In this document: one piece after another, positions 51,838 to 61,745 of the stretch
Layout: each line of letters opens with the position of its first letter
How positions within the stretch are numbered: position 1 is the stretch's first letter
NCBI GenBank assembly: GCA_040222015.1
Contig: JAVJWO010000052.1
Span: forward strand, 55,663-119,662
Origin: Coleofasciculus chthonoplastes F2-STO-03
Lineage (GTDB): Bacteria; Cyanobacteriota; Cyanobacteriia; Cyanobacteriales; Coleofasciculaceae
Direction: 5' to 3'
DNA length: 64,000 bases
Notes under the pieces: model-generated
The model's input: the letters and a program-made list of their open reading frames with translations, nothing else
Told to the model about the DNA's origin: nothing
The model's database searches: none
Program-made: the position numbers and the translations under genes

Positions 51838-52578
51838 CTAATCAACAAGAAACTCGGCTAACCCTAAATAGCGAATACCTTGGGGAGTAATCTCAAAACG
51901 ACAGGGTAACACCTCAAGCCCATGGAGAATCGCTTCTCGCAAGAGTTTTCCGTAAACAGGATCAGTACTATCACCCGGACTAAAGCGATCGCAGTCCCCT
52001 CGATTGATAAAATAAAGCATGATCGCCTTGGCTTGGGGCAATAACTGCTGGAGTTCTTGCAGGTGCTTTTGTCCCCGTGTGGTGACAGTATCGGGAAATA
52101 AGGCTAAGGTTCCCTGCGCCCAAGTCGTATTTTTCACTTCCAAATAAATGGGAGGTGCGTCATTCTCCCCCGTCAGTACAAAATCGACCCGACTTTTCCG
52201 GTTTGCGCCATAAACCACTTCGGGGCGAATTTGGCTGTAGCGATTGGCTAATTCCGGAATCAGCCTTTGTTCCAGGATGATCTTCATCACCCGATTGGGT
52301 AGTGCTGTATTAATCCCCACCCAAGTCGGTTGGGTGTCATTGACTTGGATCATCTCCCAGGTGTAGGCTAATTTGCGCTTGGGGTTATCACTACGGGATA
52401 CCTGAACTAAACTTCCAGGGGTGGAAACGCCTGTCATTGGACCCGTATTCGGACAGTGGGCGACAATGGTTTCCCCTGACGTAAGCTGAATATCGGCAAA
52501 AAACCGCTTGTAGCGTCTGAGTAATCTCCCCGTCTCTAGGGTTGGGTAGCTGTAAATCCAATCGGAGTTATCATCCAT
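51838..52578 (-). CDS. sfsA: DNA/RNA nuclease SfsA
   Basis: RRYKRFFAD, AHCPNTGPM, YLEVKN, FPDTVTTRGQKHL. Confidence 0.95.
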   Translation of the reverse strand: MDDNSDWIYSYPTLETGRLLRRYKRFFADIQLTSGETIVAHCPNTGPMTGVSTPGSLVQVSRSDNPKRKLAYTWEMIQVNDTQPTWVGINTALPNRVMKIILEQRLIPELANRYSQIRPEVVYGANRKSRVDFVLTGENDAPPIYLEVKNTTWAQGTLALFPDTVTTRGQKHLQELQQLLPQAKAIMLYFINRGDCDRFSPGDSTDPVYGKLLREAILHGLEVLPCRFEITPQGIRYLGLAEFLVD

Positions 52579-52657
52579 TAATTTTTGGGAACTGTTCACA
52601 TTACTTAACGAATATATTAAAATAAGTTAACATACAGTAACATTCAATGGACTCAAC

Positions 52658-52798
52658 ATGGCTAACTCAGACCAACGGAAACAGCGGATCAGGGAACACA
52701 TCAAGCGCTCGATCACCATTCCTCAGCGAGGCTTTTCGATGACTTCAGATTCTAAAAAACAACAGATTATGGATCATATCAAAATGACACGAGGTTAA
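52658..52798 (+). CDS. 46-aa small protein with an internal repeat (not in the ORF track)
   Basis: MANSDQRKQRIREHIKRSITIPQRGFSMTSDSKKQQIMDHIKMTRG*. Confidence 0.7.
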   Translation: MANSDQRKQRIREHIKRSITIPQRGFSMTSDSKKQQIMDHIKMTRG

Positions 52799-52862
52799 GG
52801 TCAATTTTCAAAGATACTTTTGGTAATTAACTGAGGGATCAGCCCTCTCAGTTTCAAAATAG

Positions 52863-53020
52863 CAGGACTTACGCAAATGGGTATCTAAGTCACCATTCGT
52901 AGGGACACGATACTATCCATTGGTGTCAACTTACGCTACAGCCCTCACCCCCAGCCCCTCTCCCTCTTCTTGGGAGAGGAGTTAGGAGATGAGGAGAAAA
53001 CGACAAATGCATAAGTCTTG
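52863..53020. mobile_element. Composite MITE with nested repeats
   Basis: Terminal inverted repeats CAGGACTTACGCA / TGCATAAGTCTTG enclosing GTAGGGAC, CATTGGTGTCAACTTA and a CCCTC repeat. Confidence 0.65.
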
Positions 53021-53181
53021 AATGGGGCAAAATGTATCTAATAAATCACGCCTTGACTCAAGGATATTTTTCGACTTTAAAATAAAAATAACTTAGCGGC
53101 AACACAATATATCAATGAAACTTTTTGAGTCCTTTTGGCGTCCCTTACAACTAAATGGATGACTAAATTAAAGGCTGACTC

Positions 53182-53448
53182 ATGTTTTCAGGAAAACCAA
53201 ACACGAGAAAACCCCTTTGGATGTCTCTCGCCTCATTGAGCTTACTGCTGATGATGGGCAGTTTAACGATGACCTCCTGCGGACTGGTAAAACCCATCAG
53301 TAAATCCACACCACAAGAAGAAAATAAGGCAACTGATAAAGATTCAATCACAGGTGCTGATCAAGAAGCCGCCGAAGAAAAAACAGAGGCAGAAAAACGG
53401 TATGAAGCGGAAGGGATAGACACTACCGCTGATGATGATCCTGAATGA
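53182..53448 (+). CDS. Small putative lipoprotein
   Basis: Hydrophobic signal ending MTSC (lipobox-like), acidic tail. Confidence 0.65.
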   Translation: MFSGKPNTRKPLWMSLASLSLLLMMGSLTMTSCGLVKPISKSTPQEENKATDKDSITGADQEAAEEKTEAEKRYEAEGIDTTADDDPE

Positions 53449-54890
53449 TCCTCAAAACTTGTGCTACCCTCCAAACTATGGAGAGTCAGCAAAACCACAA
53501 TAGCCTAGCCACAACCCTGCGCGATCGCCGAGTTCGCCTCGCCCAGCTTATCGATTTCCCCGTCATTCTCTGGGCGGGCAAGTCTTGTCCACGTAACTTT
53601 CCGGCAAATCCATTTCCGTTTCGCGCCAGTAGTCATTTTCTCTACTTTGCCGGTTTACCTCTGGAAGGTGCTGCTATTTATCTCAACAATGGCAGGTTGG
53701 AACTATTTCTGGATGAACCCTCGCCAGCCAGTACCCTTTGGCATGGGGAAATGCCCAAACGAGAGGAAATTGCCCAAAAAATTGGTGCTGATGCGGCATT
53801 TCCGTTCTCAGACTTAGCCTCGCGCACAGCCAATGCTGCAACTCTGGCGGTGCAAGATAGGGCGACGTATCAGCAGCAAAGACAACTGTTAAATCGATTC
53901 GTCGCCCTCGTCAACGCCCCCGAAGGAATTGACCGAGACTTAGCCAAAGCGATTGTATCCTTGCGACTGTGCCACGATGCGGAGGCATTATCCGAGTTAC
54001 GCCAAGCCGTCGCCGTGACGGTAGCTGCCCATAAAGCGGGAATGCAGGCAATAGGAGGTAAAGATGTGGCAACAGAATGCCTCTACGAAGCCACAATCCG
54101 GGGGGCGATGGAAGGGGTGATTCTTGCCCACAACATGAGTTGTGCTTATGGCAGTATTGTCACGGTTCACGGCGAAGTGTTGCACAATGAACAGTATCAC
54201 CATCCCTTAAAATCTGGAGATTTACTGTTGGCGGATGTAGGGGCGGAAACGGAGAGAGGATGGGCAGCCGATGTGACTCGCACTTTCCCTGTAACTGGAC
54301 AGTTTTCTCCGACGCAGCGCGATATTTACGATACTGTTTTAGCCGCCCATAACGCTTGTATTGAGAAAATTCATCCCGGTGTAGAATATCGCGACATTCA
54401 TCTGTTAGCCGCCGCCACCCTGACTCAAGGATTAGTGGATTTGGGAATTCTGCGGGGACAGGTATCAGATTTAGTGGAACAAGATGCTCATGCTTTATTC
54501 TTTCCTCATGGCGTTGGGCATTTGCTCGGCTTAGATGTGCATGATATGGAAGATTTAGGGGATTTAGCGGGATATGCAGCAGGTCGAGTCAGGAGCGATC
54601 GCTTTGGCTTAGGTTTTCTGCGATTGGATCGACCCTTGCAACCTGGAATGCTAGTGACGATTGAACCTGGATTCTATCAAGTTCCAGCTATTTTAAATGA
54701 TCCAGAACGACGCGCCAAGTATCAAGATGTGGTTAATTGGAATCGTTTAGCTGAGTTTGTTGATGTGCGTGGGATTCGGATTGAGAATGATGTTTTAGTC
54801 ACTCCGGAGGGTAGTGAAGTCCTCACCGCCGCTTTACCAACTGAGGCAGATGCGATTGAAGAATTGGTTCTATTAGGTGGGAGAAATTAA
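53445..54890 (+). CDS. pepP: Xaa-Pro aminopeptidase (M24B)
   Basis: LADVGAE...ADVTRTFP, HGVGHLLGLDVHD, TIEPGFY, GIRIEND. Confidence 0.92.
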   Translation: MILKTCATLQTMESQQNHNSLATTLRDRRVRLAQLIDFPVILWAGKSCPRNFPANPFPFRASSHFLYFAGLPLEGAAIYLNNGRLELFLDEPSPASTLWHGEMPKREEIAQKIGADAAFPFSDLASRTANAATLAVQDRATYQQQRQLLNRFVALVNAPEGIDRDLAKAIVSLRLCHDAEALSELRQAVAVTVAAHKAGMQAIGGKDVATECLYEATIRGAMEGVILAHNMSCAYGSIVTVHGEVLHNEQYHHPLKSGDLLLADVGAETERGWAADVTRTFPVTGQFSPTQRDIYDTVLAAHNACIEKIHPGVEYRDIHLLAAATLTQGLVDLGILRGQVSDLVEQDAHALFFPHGVGHLLGLDVHDMEDLGDLAGYAAGRVRSDRFGLGFLRLDRPLQPGMLVTIEPGFYQVPAILNDPERRAKYQDVVNWNRLAEFVDVRGIRIENDVLVTPEGSEVLTAALPTEADAIEELVLLGGRN

Positions 54891-54982
54891 AGTTAATAGT
54901 GGGGATCGCCATTGGTCATTTGTCATAAGCTGTTCGGCATTTAAACCTTAATGTCAATAATGGTGAAATCCTTGTCGTAGTG

Positions 54983-55103
54983 TGAGCATCTTGCTCGCTA
55001 CATTGAGCATCTTGCTCGCTACATTGAGCATCTTGCTCGCTACATTGAGCATCTTGCTCGCTACATTGAGCATCTTGCTCGCTACATTGAGCATCTTGCT
55101 CAC
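54983..55103. repeat. 21-bp tandem repeat (TGAGCATCTTGCTCGCTACAT), five full copies plus a partial one
   Basis: Identical head-to-tail units without spacers. Confidence 0.95.
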
Positions 55104-55398
55104 TAATACCTGACTTAAGGCTGGTGGGCAATGCCCACCCTACTAGGCTGGCAAGCTTAAAGTTGTGGGTAAAATTTTTCTGGATCGCTACTCTCATAAG
55201 GGTTTGAGAAAATACTTGACCACTGTTTTAAGCTTGCCAAGCTACTACGGTATCTCTACCACCCTTTTGCATCCTGGGATTGCAAGCTGACCTAAGCGCC
55301 CAATTTCACCTCAACAGAGAGTTGCAACTATTGCCTATGACACACCGAGCGAAGTCGAGGTGTTGCCTCTCCCCACCACAAGACTTATTCAGTAGCCC

Positions 55399-55884
55399 CT
55401 AATTACTTTGGATAACAATTGTCCCTGAATTACTATCGACTATTTTCTCCGCTCCTGAATCAAAAACTTGAATCAAGGATAAGTCTGTATAAACTGTTCC
55501 TTTTAGATAAATATCTCCGGGTAACTGACCGCCAATATCAATTAAACCGATAATGTCTTGAGTCATCGTATTAAAGTTAAACTGAAAATACTTGCCCGTT
55601 GATACACCATCGTTAATAGTATTATATGTTTTAATCGGATGATTCGATGGATCAGCAAAAGAAACGGTCAAGCTTTCTACGGCTTGAGTTGTACCCACTC
55701 CTTTTTCTGATAGTATAGCAGTAGCCGTTTTTTCATCATAATTGAATGTTCCTGTTGCCGAATAGCCCTGATTGCCTTGCCAAGTAAAATTAACCGTCAT
55801 TGCTTCAGCCGGAGTGATGCTAGTCAGGAGGAGACTTAAGGCTAAACTGGTTACGATAACAAGTTGGACAAAAATATGTTGCAT
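55399..55884 (-). CDS. Hypothetical secreted protein
   Basis: Signal peptide ending PAEA; beta-rich mature part. Confidence 0.75.
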   Translation of the reverse strand: MQHIFVQLVIVTSLALSLLLTSITPAEAMTVNFTWQGNQGYSATGTFNYDEKTATAILSEKGVGTTQAVESLTVSFADPSNHPIKTYNTINDGVSTGKYFQFNFNTMTQDIIGLIDIGGQLPGDIYLKGTVYTDLSLIQVFDSGAEKIVDSNSGTIVIQSN

Positions 55885-55914
55885 TTTATGGATTCAATCT
55901 AAAAAAACAATTCT

Positions 55915-57141
55915 ATGGTAATCAACAGTTCAGAACAGCTTCAAGACGCTGTTAAAGCACTCCGCCCAATTTTTGAAGATATTGACATCAACGTCAAGCA
56001 AAATCTGAAAAAAGTCCTGACGGCTTTTCGTAATTATCGCGTTGGGGTGCATCACTTTGCTGGGGTAAGTGGTTATGGTCATGACGATTTAGGTCGGCAA
56101 ACCTTAGACCAAGTATTTGCAGAAGTCATGGGTGCTGAAGCAGCAGCAGTGCGAGTTCAATTGGTTTCTGGAACTCATGCGATCGCCTGTTGTTTATTTG
56201 GGGTGTTGCGTCCTGGTGACGAGATGCTATCCTTGGTGGGTGCGCCTTACGATACCTTGGAAGAAGTGATTGGGGTTCGGGGTCAAGGTCAGGGTTCATT
56301 ACAAGAGTTTGGCATTGATTATCGTCAGTTAGAATTAACGGCTGATGGAACCATTGATTGGCAGGCGTTAAAGACAGCAATTAGGCAAAATACCCGCTTA
56401 GTTTTAATTCAGCGGTCTTGTGGGTATTCTTGGCGTCCGAGTCTCTCGATTACGGACATTGAAAAAATTATTCAATGGGTTAAACAACAAAATCCAGATA
56501 CCATTTGTTTTGTCGATAACTGTTACGGTGAGTTTATTGAAGACAAAGAACCCCCAGCGGTTGGTGCTGATTTAGTCGCCGGGTCTTTAATTAAAAATCC
56601 GGGTGGCACGATTGTCACTGCTGGGGGATATATTGCCGGAAAAGCCGAGTTAGTCGAAGCCGCAACCTGTCGATTAACTGCCCCCGGAATTGGTAGTTCG
56701 GGTGGGGCAACATTTGAACAGAATCGGTTATTATTTCAAGGACTTTTTCTCGCGCCGCAAATGGTGGGCGAGGCGATCAAGGGAACGCATTTAACCGCTT
56801 ATGTCTTTGATCAATTAGGCTATCCCGTCAATCCTCAACCCATGGCACCTCGCCGGGATATCATTCAGGCAATTCAGTTAGGTTCACCGGAAAAATTAAT
56901 CGCTTTTTGTCGGGCGATTCAGCAATATTCTCCCATTGGTTCCTATCTCGATCCTGTACCTGCCCAAATGCCGGGATATGAGAGTCAGTTAGTCATGGCG
57001 GGAGGAACATTTATTGATGGGAGTACCTCGGAGTTTTCTGCTGATGGACCCTTGAGAGACCCTTATATCGTATTTTGTCAAGGGGGAAGCCATTGGACTC
57101 ATATCGCGATCGCACTGGAAGCGGCGATAGAAGCAATATAG
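55915..57141 (+). CDS. Methionine gamma-lyase family PLP protein (aluminium-resistance/YnbB type)
   Basis: GYGHDDLGR, VSGTHAI, QRSCGY, DNCYGEF, GSLIKNPGG. Confidence 0.92.
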   Translation: MVINSSEQLQDAVKALRPIFEDIDINVKQNLKKVLTAFRNYRVGVHHFAGVSGYGHDDLGRQTLDQVFAEVMGAEAAAVRVQLVSGTHAIACCLFGVLRPGDEMLSLVGAPYDTLEEVIGVRGQGQGSLQEFGIDYRQLELTADGTIDWQALKTAIRQNTRLVLIQRSCGYSWRPSLSITDIEKIIQWVKQQNPDTICFVDNCYGEFIEDKEPPAVGADLVAGSLIKNPGGTIVTAGGYIAGKAELVEAATCRLTAPGIGSSGGATFEQNRLLFQGLFLAPQMVGEAIKGTHLTAYVFDQLGYPVNPQPMAPRRDIIQAIQLGSPEKLIAFCRAIQQYSPIGSYLDPVPAQMPGYESQLVMAGGTFIDGSTSEFSADGPLRDPYIVFCQGGSHWTHIAIALEAAIEAI

Positions 57142-57324
57142 GATGAGGTAAATTCGTCAACTTACAGCCCTCACCCCCAGCCTCTCTACCAAGCTTGGGA
57201 GAGGGGCTGGGGGTGAGGGAAGTCGGGAAAGTAAGGAAAGTAATGATTTGGCACACCTTATTTTATGAATTACAATTCCATCCAGAAACTGTAGGGGCGC
57301 ATGGCGTGCGCCCAATTCATTCGG

Positions 57325-58953
57325 TCAATTAAACAAAGGTGAACGCCCTGCCAAAAGTGCTTTCGTGGCAGATTCTCCAGCTAGGCGTAACTGTCGCCTT
57401 AACTGCCAATTTAACCCACCCAAGATAATCACTTGAATCAGAAAGGTTTGCAACACCAGTCCAACGGATGCATGGCGCATCACATAATCCCAGGGAAACG
57501 CTGTAAATAGCCATAACCCGCCCCAATTTTGTCCGGGAACAATCGATAATACACTCAATAGAGTTGGTGGTAAAACAATCACTGCGACGACTATTCCAGT
57601 TGCCCAGATTCCCCGCTTAGGCGTTTTAATCAACAGCATCAACTGTGCGATCGCGCTATAGATTAACATCATACTCAGGCTGAGAATTAGACTGGCAAAG
57701 ACTTGCTGTTTCATGTCAAAGTCCACTGACGCTAGCCAAATCCAACCGAGTAACGGGAGTGCCACAATCATACAATTCATGGCAATCGCGAATAACGCTG
57801 GACTCTTTTCACCCCAGAGTAAATCGGCTATCAATGAGGAATTAACAGTGGAACGATTTTGATGTCGATAACGCGCCCAATCTTGTAACGCTTGACGCTG
57901 AGGAGATAGGACAGCTATTAAACCCAAAACCAGTACCAGATTGAATCCCAGTACAATGTAGAAGTTATCAGGAAACGGATAAGAATATCCTGAAGTTGGC
58001 TCTTGCAGGGCAAAACCTAGAGTAAATGTTATCCAGCAAGCCGTGAATAAATAACTTTGGCGTTTACTCAGTAGCGTTGTACCCGGATTCCGAAACTGTC
58101 GGTTAAAGGCTTGTCCAATCCAGTATGTCCATAAACCATAGTTAAGCAGTGTCAAGACAACAATACTGAATCCCATCATTCCCAGGGGTAGGTTAAAAAA
58201 TTGCCACGCTTGAATTTTTCCCAAGTGAAAGGGGAAACCTGTATAGTGTGAATTGGTTTCATCGACAAGATAAGGAAACAATACGGATGGAGAAAACAGA
58301 CTTAACCAATCGAAGGAACTGTTGTTAATGGGTTTAACATTCGCCATCACCAAAAATGTAAAAACTGCGCCACTGCCTAACCAAGATTGGAACCCACTAA
58401 ACCAGGAACCGAACAAACCAAATAACAGCGCTGCACTGAAGAAAAAGCCACTACTGGCGATGAGAATTACCCAGAAACTGATAATTTCTGCTAAGGGAAT
58501 TTTGCCAGATAAACCCGACCATAAATGGAAGGGTAGAGTAATGGCAATTGCTAGATAGAGGAGAATGGGAACCCCCAAGAGTTTACCCAGCCAAAACTGT
58601 GACGTTGACTGAGGGCTGAGTCGGATAAAATTCAGTGTACCGCGTCGTTCTTCATGACCCAGGTTGGCAATCAGCATATAACTCCCGATAACCAAAAGGG
58701 CAAAGAGAATAACAAGACTGAGAGAGATGAATATGTCGCGATAGTGATCTTGCCACCAAAGCTGGATCTCCTGTTCAGTCAGGTGGCGAGGAAGATAAGA
58801 ATGATCGCCTGACCAAGAAAAGAAAAGCAGGAATTGACCCACTAAGGATATAATCAGTGCGATCGCGATATTCCGTCCCTTCAGTCTTCCCTTCAATTCC
58901 CGCAAGAGTTGCGGGTTCCAGTCACCGAGTTTGTCTATTCCTTTATTTAGCAT
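57325..58953 (-). CDS. ABC-2 type transporter permease
   Basis: NPQLLRELK, EERRGTLNFIRLSP...GKLLG; many transmembrane segments; next to the ATPase gene. Confidence 0.82.
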   Translation of the reverse strand: MLNKGIDKLGDWNPQLLRELKGRLKGRNIAIALIISLVGQFLLFFSWSGDHSYLPRHLTEQEIQLWWQDHYRDIFISLSLVILFALLVIGSYMLIANLGHEERRGTLNFIRLSPQSTSQFWLGKLLGVPILLYLAIAITLPFHLWSGLSGKIPLAEIISFWVILIASSGFFFSAALLFGLFGSWFSGFQSWLGSGAVFTFLVMANVKPINNSSFDWLSLFSPSVLFPYLVDETNSHYTGFPFHLGKIQAWQFFNLPLGMMGFSIVVLTLLNYGLWTYWIGQAFNRQFRNPGTTLLSKRQSYLFTACWITFTLGFALQEPTSGYSYPFPDNFYIVLGFNLVLVLGLIAVLSPQRQALQDWARYRHQNRSTVNSSLIADLLWGEKSPALFAIAMNCMIVALPLLGWIWLASVDFDMKQQVFASLILSLSMMLIYSAIAQLMLLIKTPKRGIWATGIVVAVIVLPPTLLSVLSIVPGQNWGGLWLFTAFPWDYVMRHASVGLVLQTFLIQVIILGGLNWQLRRQLRLAGESATKALLAGRSPLFN

Positions 58954-59095
58954 GAGAATAGTCTCCTAAATTTGTCATTGGTCATTCGTGAAAAAATATT
59001 CAATTCAAACCTTGGTCGGGGCGGGTTTAGTTCTATCTGGGTGATGTCAAAAACGATAATAGTAAAACCCGCCCCTACACATAATTCACAATCTT

Positions 59096-60082
59096 CTAAG
59101 AGACTTGTTGGTGTCCTAGCTTCAAGAATATGGTTTCTAAGTCTTCTTGGGTACAGTGAAATTCCGTTAGCGGAATTCCCGCTTCAACTAGCGATCGCAA
59201 CAACATCGCACTCTCTTCTGGATTCCCCGAAAAATCAACCCGTATCTGGTTCTTTCCCGAAATCGGTTCGATTTCTTGCACTAACGGATAGTTTTTCAAT
59301 TCAGCCGCCAATGCATCCATATCTCCTAAACTGGAGAGAATAATCTTCTGACGACTAAGGCGGCGATATAGTTCAGCTAAAGGCGCACTTTCCACCAAAT
59401 AGCCGAGTTCCATAATCCCCACTGACGTACAGAGTTCGGCTAAGTCACTTAAGACATGGGACGAAATTAGAATCGTCATCCCGGCTTCTTGCAGGGTTTT
59501 AATAATTTCTCGAAACTGCATCCTCGCGATGGGATCTAATCCGGAAACAGGTTCATCGAGTAGCAGCAGAATCGGTTCATGAATAATCGTTCTCGCCAAA
59601 CTCAGGCGCTGTTTCATCCCCCGCGACAGGGTAGCAATTAAACTTTTGCGCTTACTGGTAAGCTGTACCAGTTCCAACACCTCCCGCAGACGCCGGGTAC
59701 GTCGGGGTTCTCGCAGGCGATAGAGTCGGGAAAAATAGTCCAGATAATCCCAAACCGTTAAATCTTCGTAGACGGGGAAATCATCGGGGAGATAACCAAT
59801 GCGCTGTTTGAGTTTAGGGTTACTTTGATCTCGCAACAAGCGATCGCCATTGATATAAATTTCACCCGTCGTCGGTTCCTCGGCGGCGGCTAACATGCGA
59901 ATTAGCGTCGTTTTTCCGGCGCCATTGGGACCAATCAATCCATAGACTTCACCGGCGGCGACTTGTAAATCGATATCGTTTACGGCAATATGTCGGTCAA
60001 ATTGCTTCGTCAATCCATGAGTAGAAATCGCTAGATCTTGACTTAGGGGGGGTGGGGATGGGAGAAATGTTCCTGCTTCCAT
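59096..60082 (-). CDS. ABC transporter ATP-binding protein
   Basis: GPNGAGKT, LSRGMKQR, LLLDEP, ISSH. Confidence 0.95.
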   Translation of the reverse strand: MEAGTFLPSPPPLSQDLAISTHGLTKQFDRHIAVNDIDLQVAAGEVYGLIGPNGAGKTTLIRMLAAAEEPTTGEIYINGDRLLRDQSNPKLKQRIGYLPDDFPVYEDLTVWDYLDYFSRLYRLREPRRTRRLREVLELVQLTSKRKSLIATLSRGMKQRLSLARTIIHEPILLLLDEPVSGLDPIARMQFREIIKTLQEAGMTILISSHVLSDLAELCTSVGIMELGYLVESAPLAELYRRLSRQKIILSSLGDMDALAAELKNYPLVQEIEPISGKNQIRVDFSGNPEESAMLLRSLVEAGIPLTEFHCTQEDLETIFLKLGHQQVS

Positions 60083-60303
60083 AGTTGATGCTGATCGGAT
60101 CTAATGTCCGCCAGTTTAACCTCTTTAAAGCCTAGGTATCTCTCATCGGGTGACACTTATGCAGTTTGGACGGGGGATTGGGGAATAGTAAAGGCGTACC
60201 AGCACCAGAAAAAATTAAAGTTAACGGTTGAGATTAGGGAACAGGTAACAGGAAACAGGGAACAATAAGAATTTTAGGCTTCTTAATATTTTTTGAATTT
60301 ACT

Positions 60304-61071
60304 TCACCGATTGATATCACGCCCAATATAAATAATATCCTGTTCCTCTTCTAATTCGCTCTCAATTATGGAACAGGAAAATGCCACGATAATCTTGTCT
60401 CCTGTCTTAGTCTGACAAACCATTTTAGTTGTGTTGATGCCATTGGCACAAGAGCCATTTTTCGGAGAGATTAATTTTTCAACTTGAGACTCATCAATAA
60501 TTAAAGATAAAGGTTTGCCGATTAACTCAGAATTGTTATAACTGAACAATGAATTAGCCGCTTTATTGACAATTTTTATAATGGATGACGAATTAGTGAC
60601 AAATAAAGCATCTCCTATATATTGAATAATTTTATCAAGATATTGACTTGATGCTGCCCAAGCATCTAATAATAAGGTCGTTTCATTTGAGCGTTGAACT
60701 AAGGTCTGTTCTAAATTCATCCGCTCAGTGACATCCTCACATAAAATAATTAGTTTCTTGCCTGCCTGATAATCTTCACTGTCATTGATGATATACATAT
60801 CAAAATAGAGAAGATTACCTCGTCCAGAAAATCGTCCAATTCCTTTTAACTCAAAGTTTAACTGTCGCCCCTGAAGGATATGGCTTAAAATCTCTTCAAT
60901 CCCTACAAGTTCCGGGAAACTCAGACGCACATCCTTACCGATACTCAAATCCTGAGGACGGTCGGCAAACTGAGCGATTTTATGGGATAGTTCTAAAATA
61001 TTGAATGACTCATCGACGGCTAAGTATTCAATATGCCGAGAAAATAATAATTTTTTAAAAAGGGGATGCAT
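60304..61071 (-). CDS. PAS-domain protein with no output domain
   Basis: Two PAS-like units (EDVTERM..., VNKAANSLFSY...IGRDI). Confidence 0.75.
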   Translation of the reverse strand: MHPLFKKLLFSRHIEYLAVDESFNILELSHKIAQFADRPQDLSIGKDVRLSFPELVGIEEILSHILQGRQLNFELKGIGRFSGRGNLLYFDMYIINDSEDYQAGKKLIILCEDVTERMNLEQTLVQRSNETTLLLDAWAASSQYLDKIIQYIGDALFVTNSSSIIKIVNKAANSLFSYNNSELIGKPLSLIIDESQVEKLISPKNGSCANGINTTKMVCQTKTGDKIIVAFSCSIIESELEEEQDIIYIGRDINR

Positions 61072-61361
61072 GGGAATTTATATTTCCTAGATTGGCTGAT
61101 CTCTTCAGGTTTATTTTATTCTTAATAATTTTTAATATCAATAATTACAGCATAGAAATTATATATAGCAAGTATAGGATTTAACCCTATCAATCATTCT
61201 TTCTTCATTATTTTTACCCTGCTTTTATTAATCACTGCTGTAGCTGGCTACGTCTCTACCCTGGCTACGTCTCTACCTTATCAGCATAGAGTTTCGCAGA
61301 GGTGGAAAAAGCAAATACCTCCTTGCCTGAGTGTGTGTATTGGCTATCCAATTATAATAAT

Positions 61362-61700
61362 TTATTTTACAGCAATAAGAAAATAGGTAGTCATCTTGCC
61401 TCTACCCTTCACGTCAATCATGCCTCGTTGCTCAAACACACCTAAAATTTGCTTATCGTCTTGAATCGGAAAGCCAAAAGCGCTGCGTAGTTCAGCAATT
61501 GGAAAAATCGGGGATAGCGACTCCGAGGTGATATCGCTAATCCATTTAGGAGAACGACTCATCCAGATTTGACCCCGTAATCCCCGGTTGGGGGATACGA
61601 TTAATGGTTGAGTCATCGACATGGATTCTGGAATCGTGCGACTAACCCAAGTGTGTTCACACTGCAACTGAGAGGTTTCTATTTCGCGATCGCCTATCAC
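61362..61700 (-). pseudogene. Deleted GAF-adenylate/guanylate cyclase remnant
   Basis: GAF-like piece (GL.GQIW...WISD...LRSAFGFPI...ILGV) fused directly to a cyclase tail FEQRGMIDVKGRGKMTTYFL. Confidence 0.7.
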
Positions 61701-61745
61701 TGTTATACATAATGGGATTTTTTCATACAGTCGATAAAATCTTCT

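Noticed and set aside
52620..52650. GTTAACATACAGTAACA as an NtcA or RpaB (HLR1) site
   Set aside because: It has too many mismatches to either consensus to call.
54916..55197. 93-aa ORF with SEQDAQC repeats, or a possible CRISPR array
   Set aside because: The 21-bp units abut with no spacers and no cas genes are present; the ORF is a by-product of a repeat whose length is a multiple of three.
2735..59078. REP doublets as dispersed CRISPR repeat-spacer units
   Set aside because: The arms are inverted rather than direct, the units are single, and the cores are related to one another.
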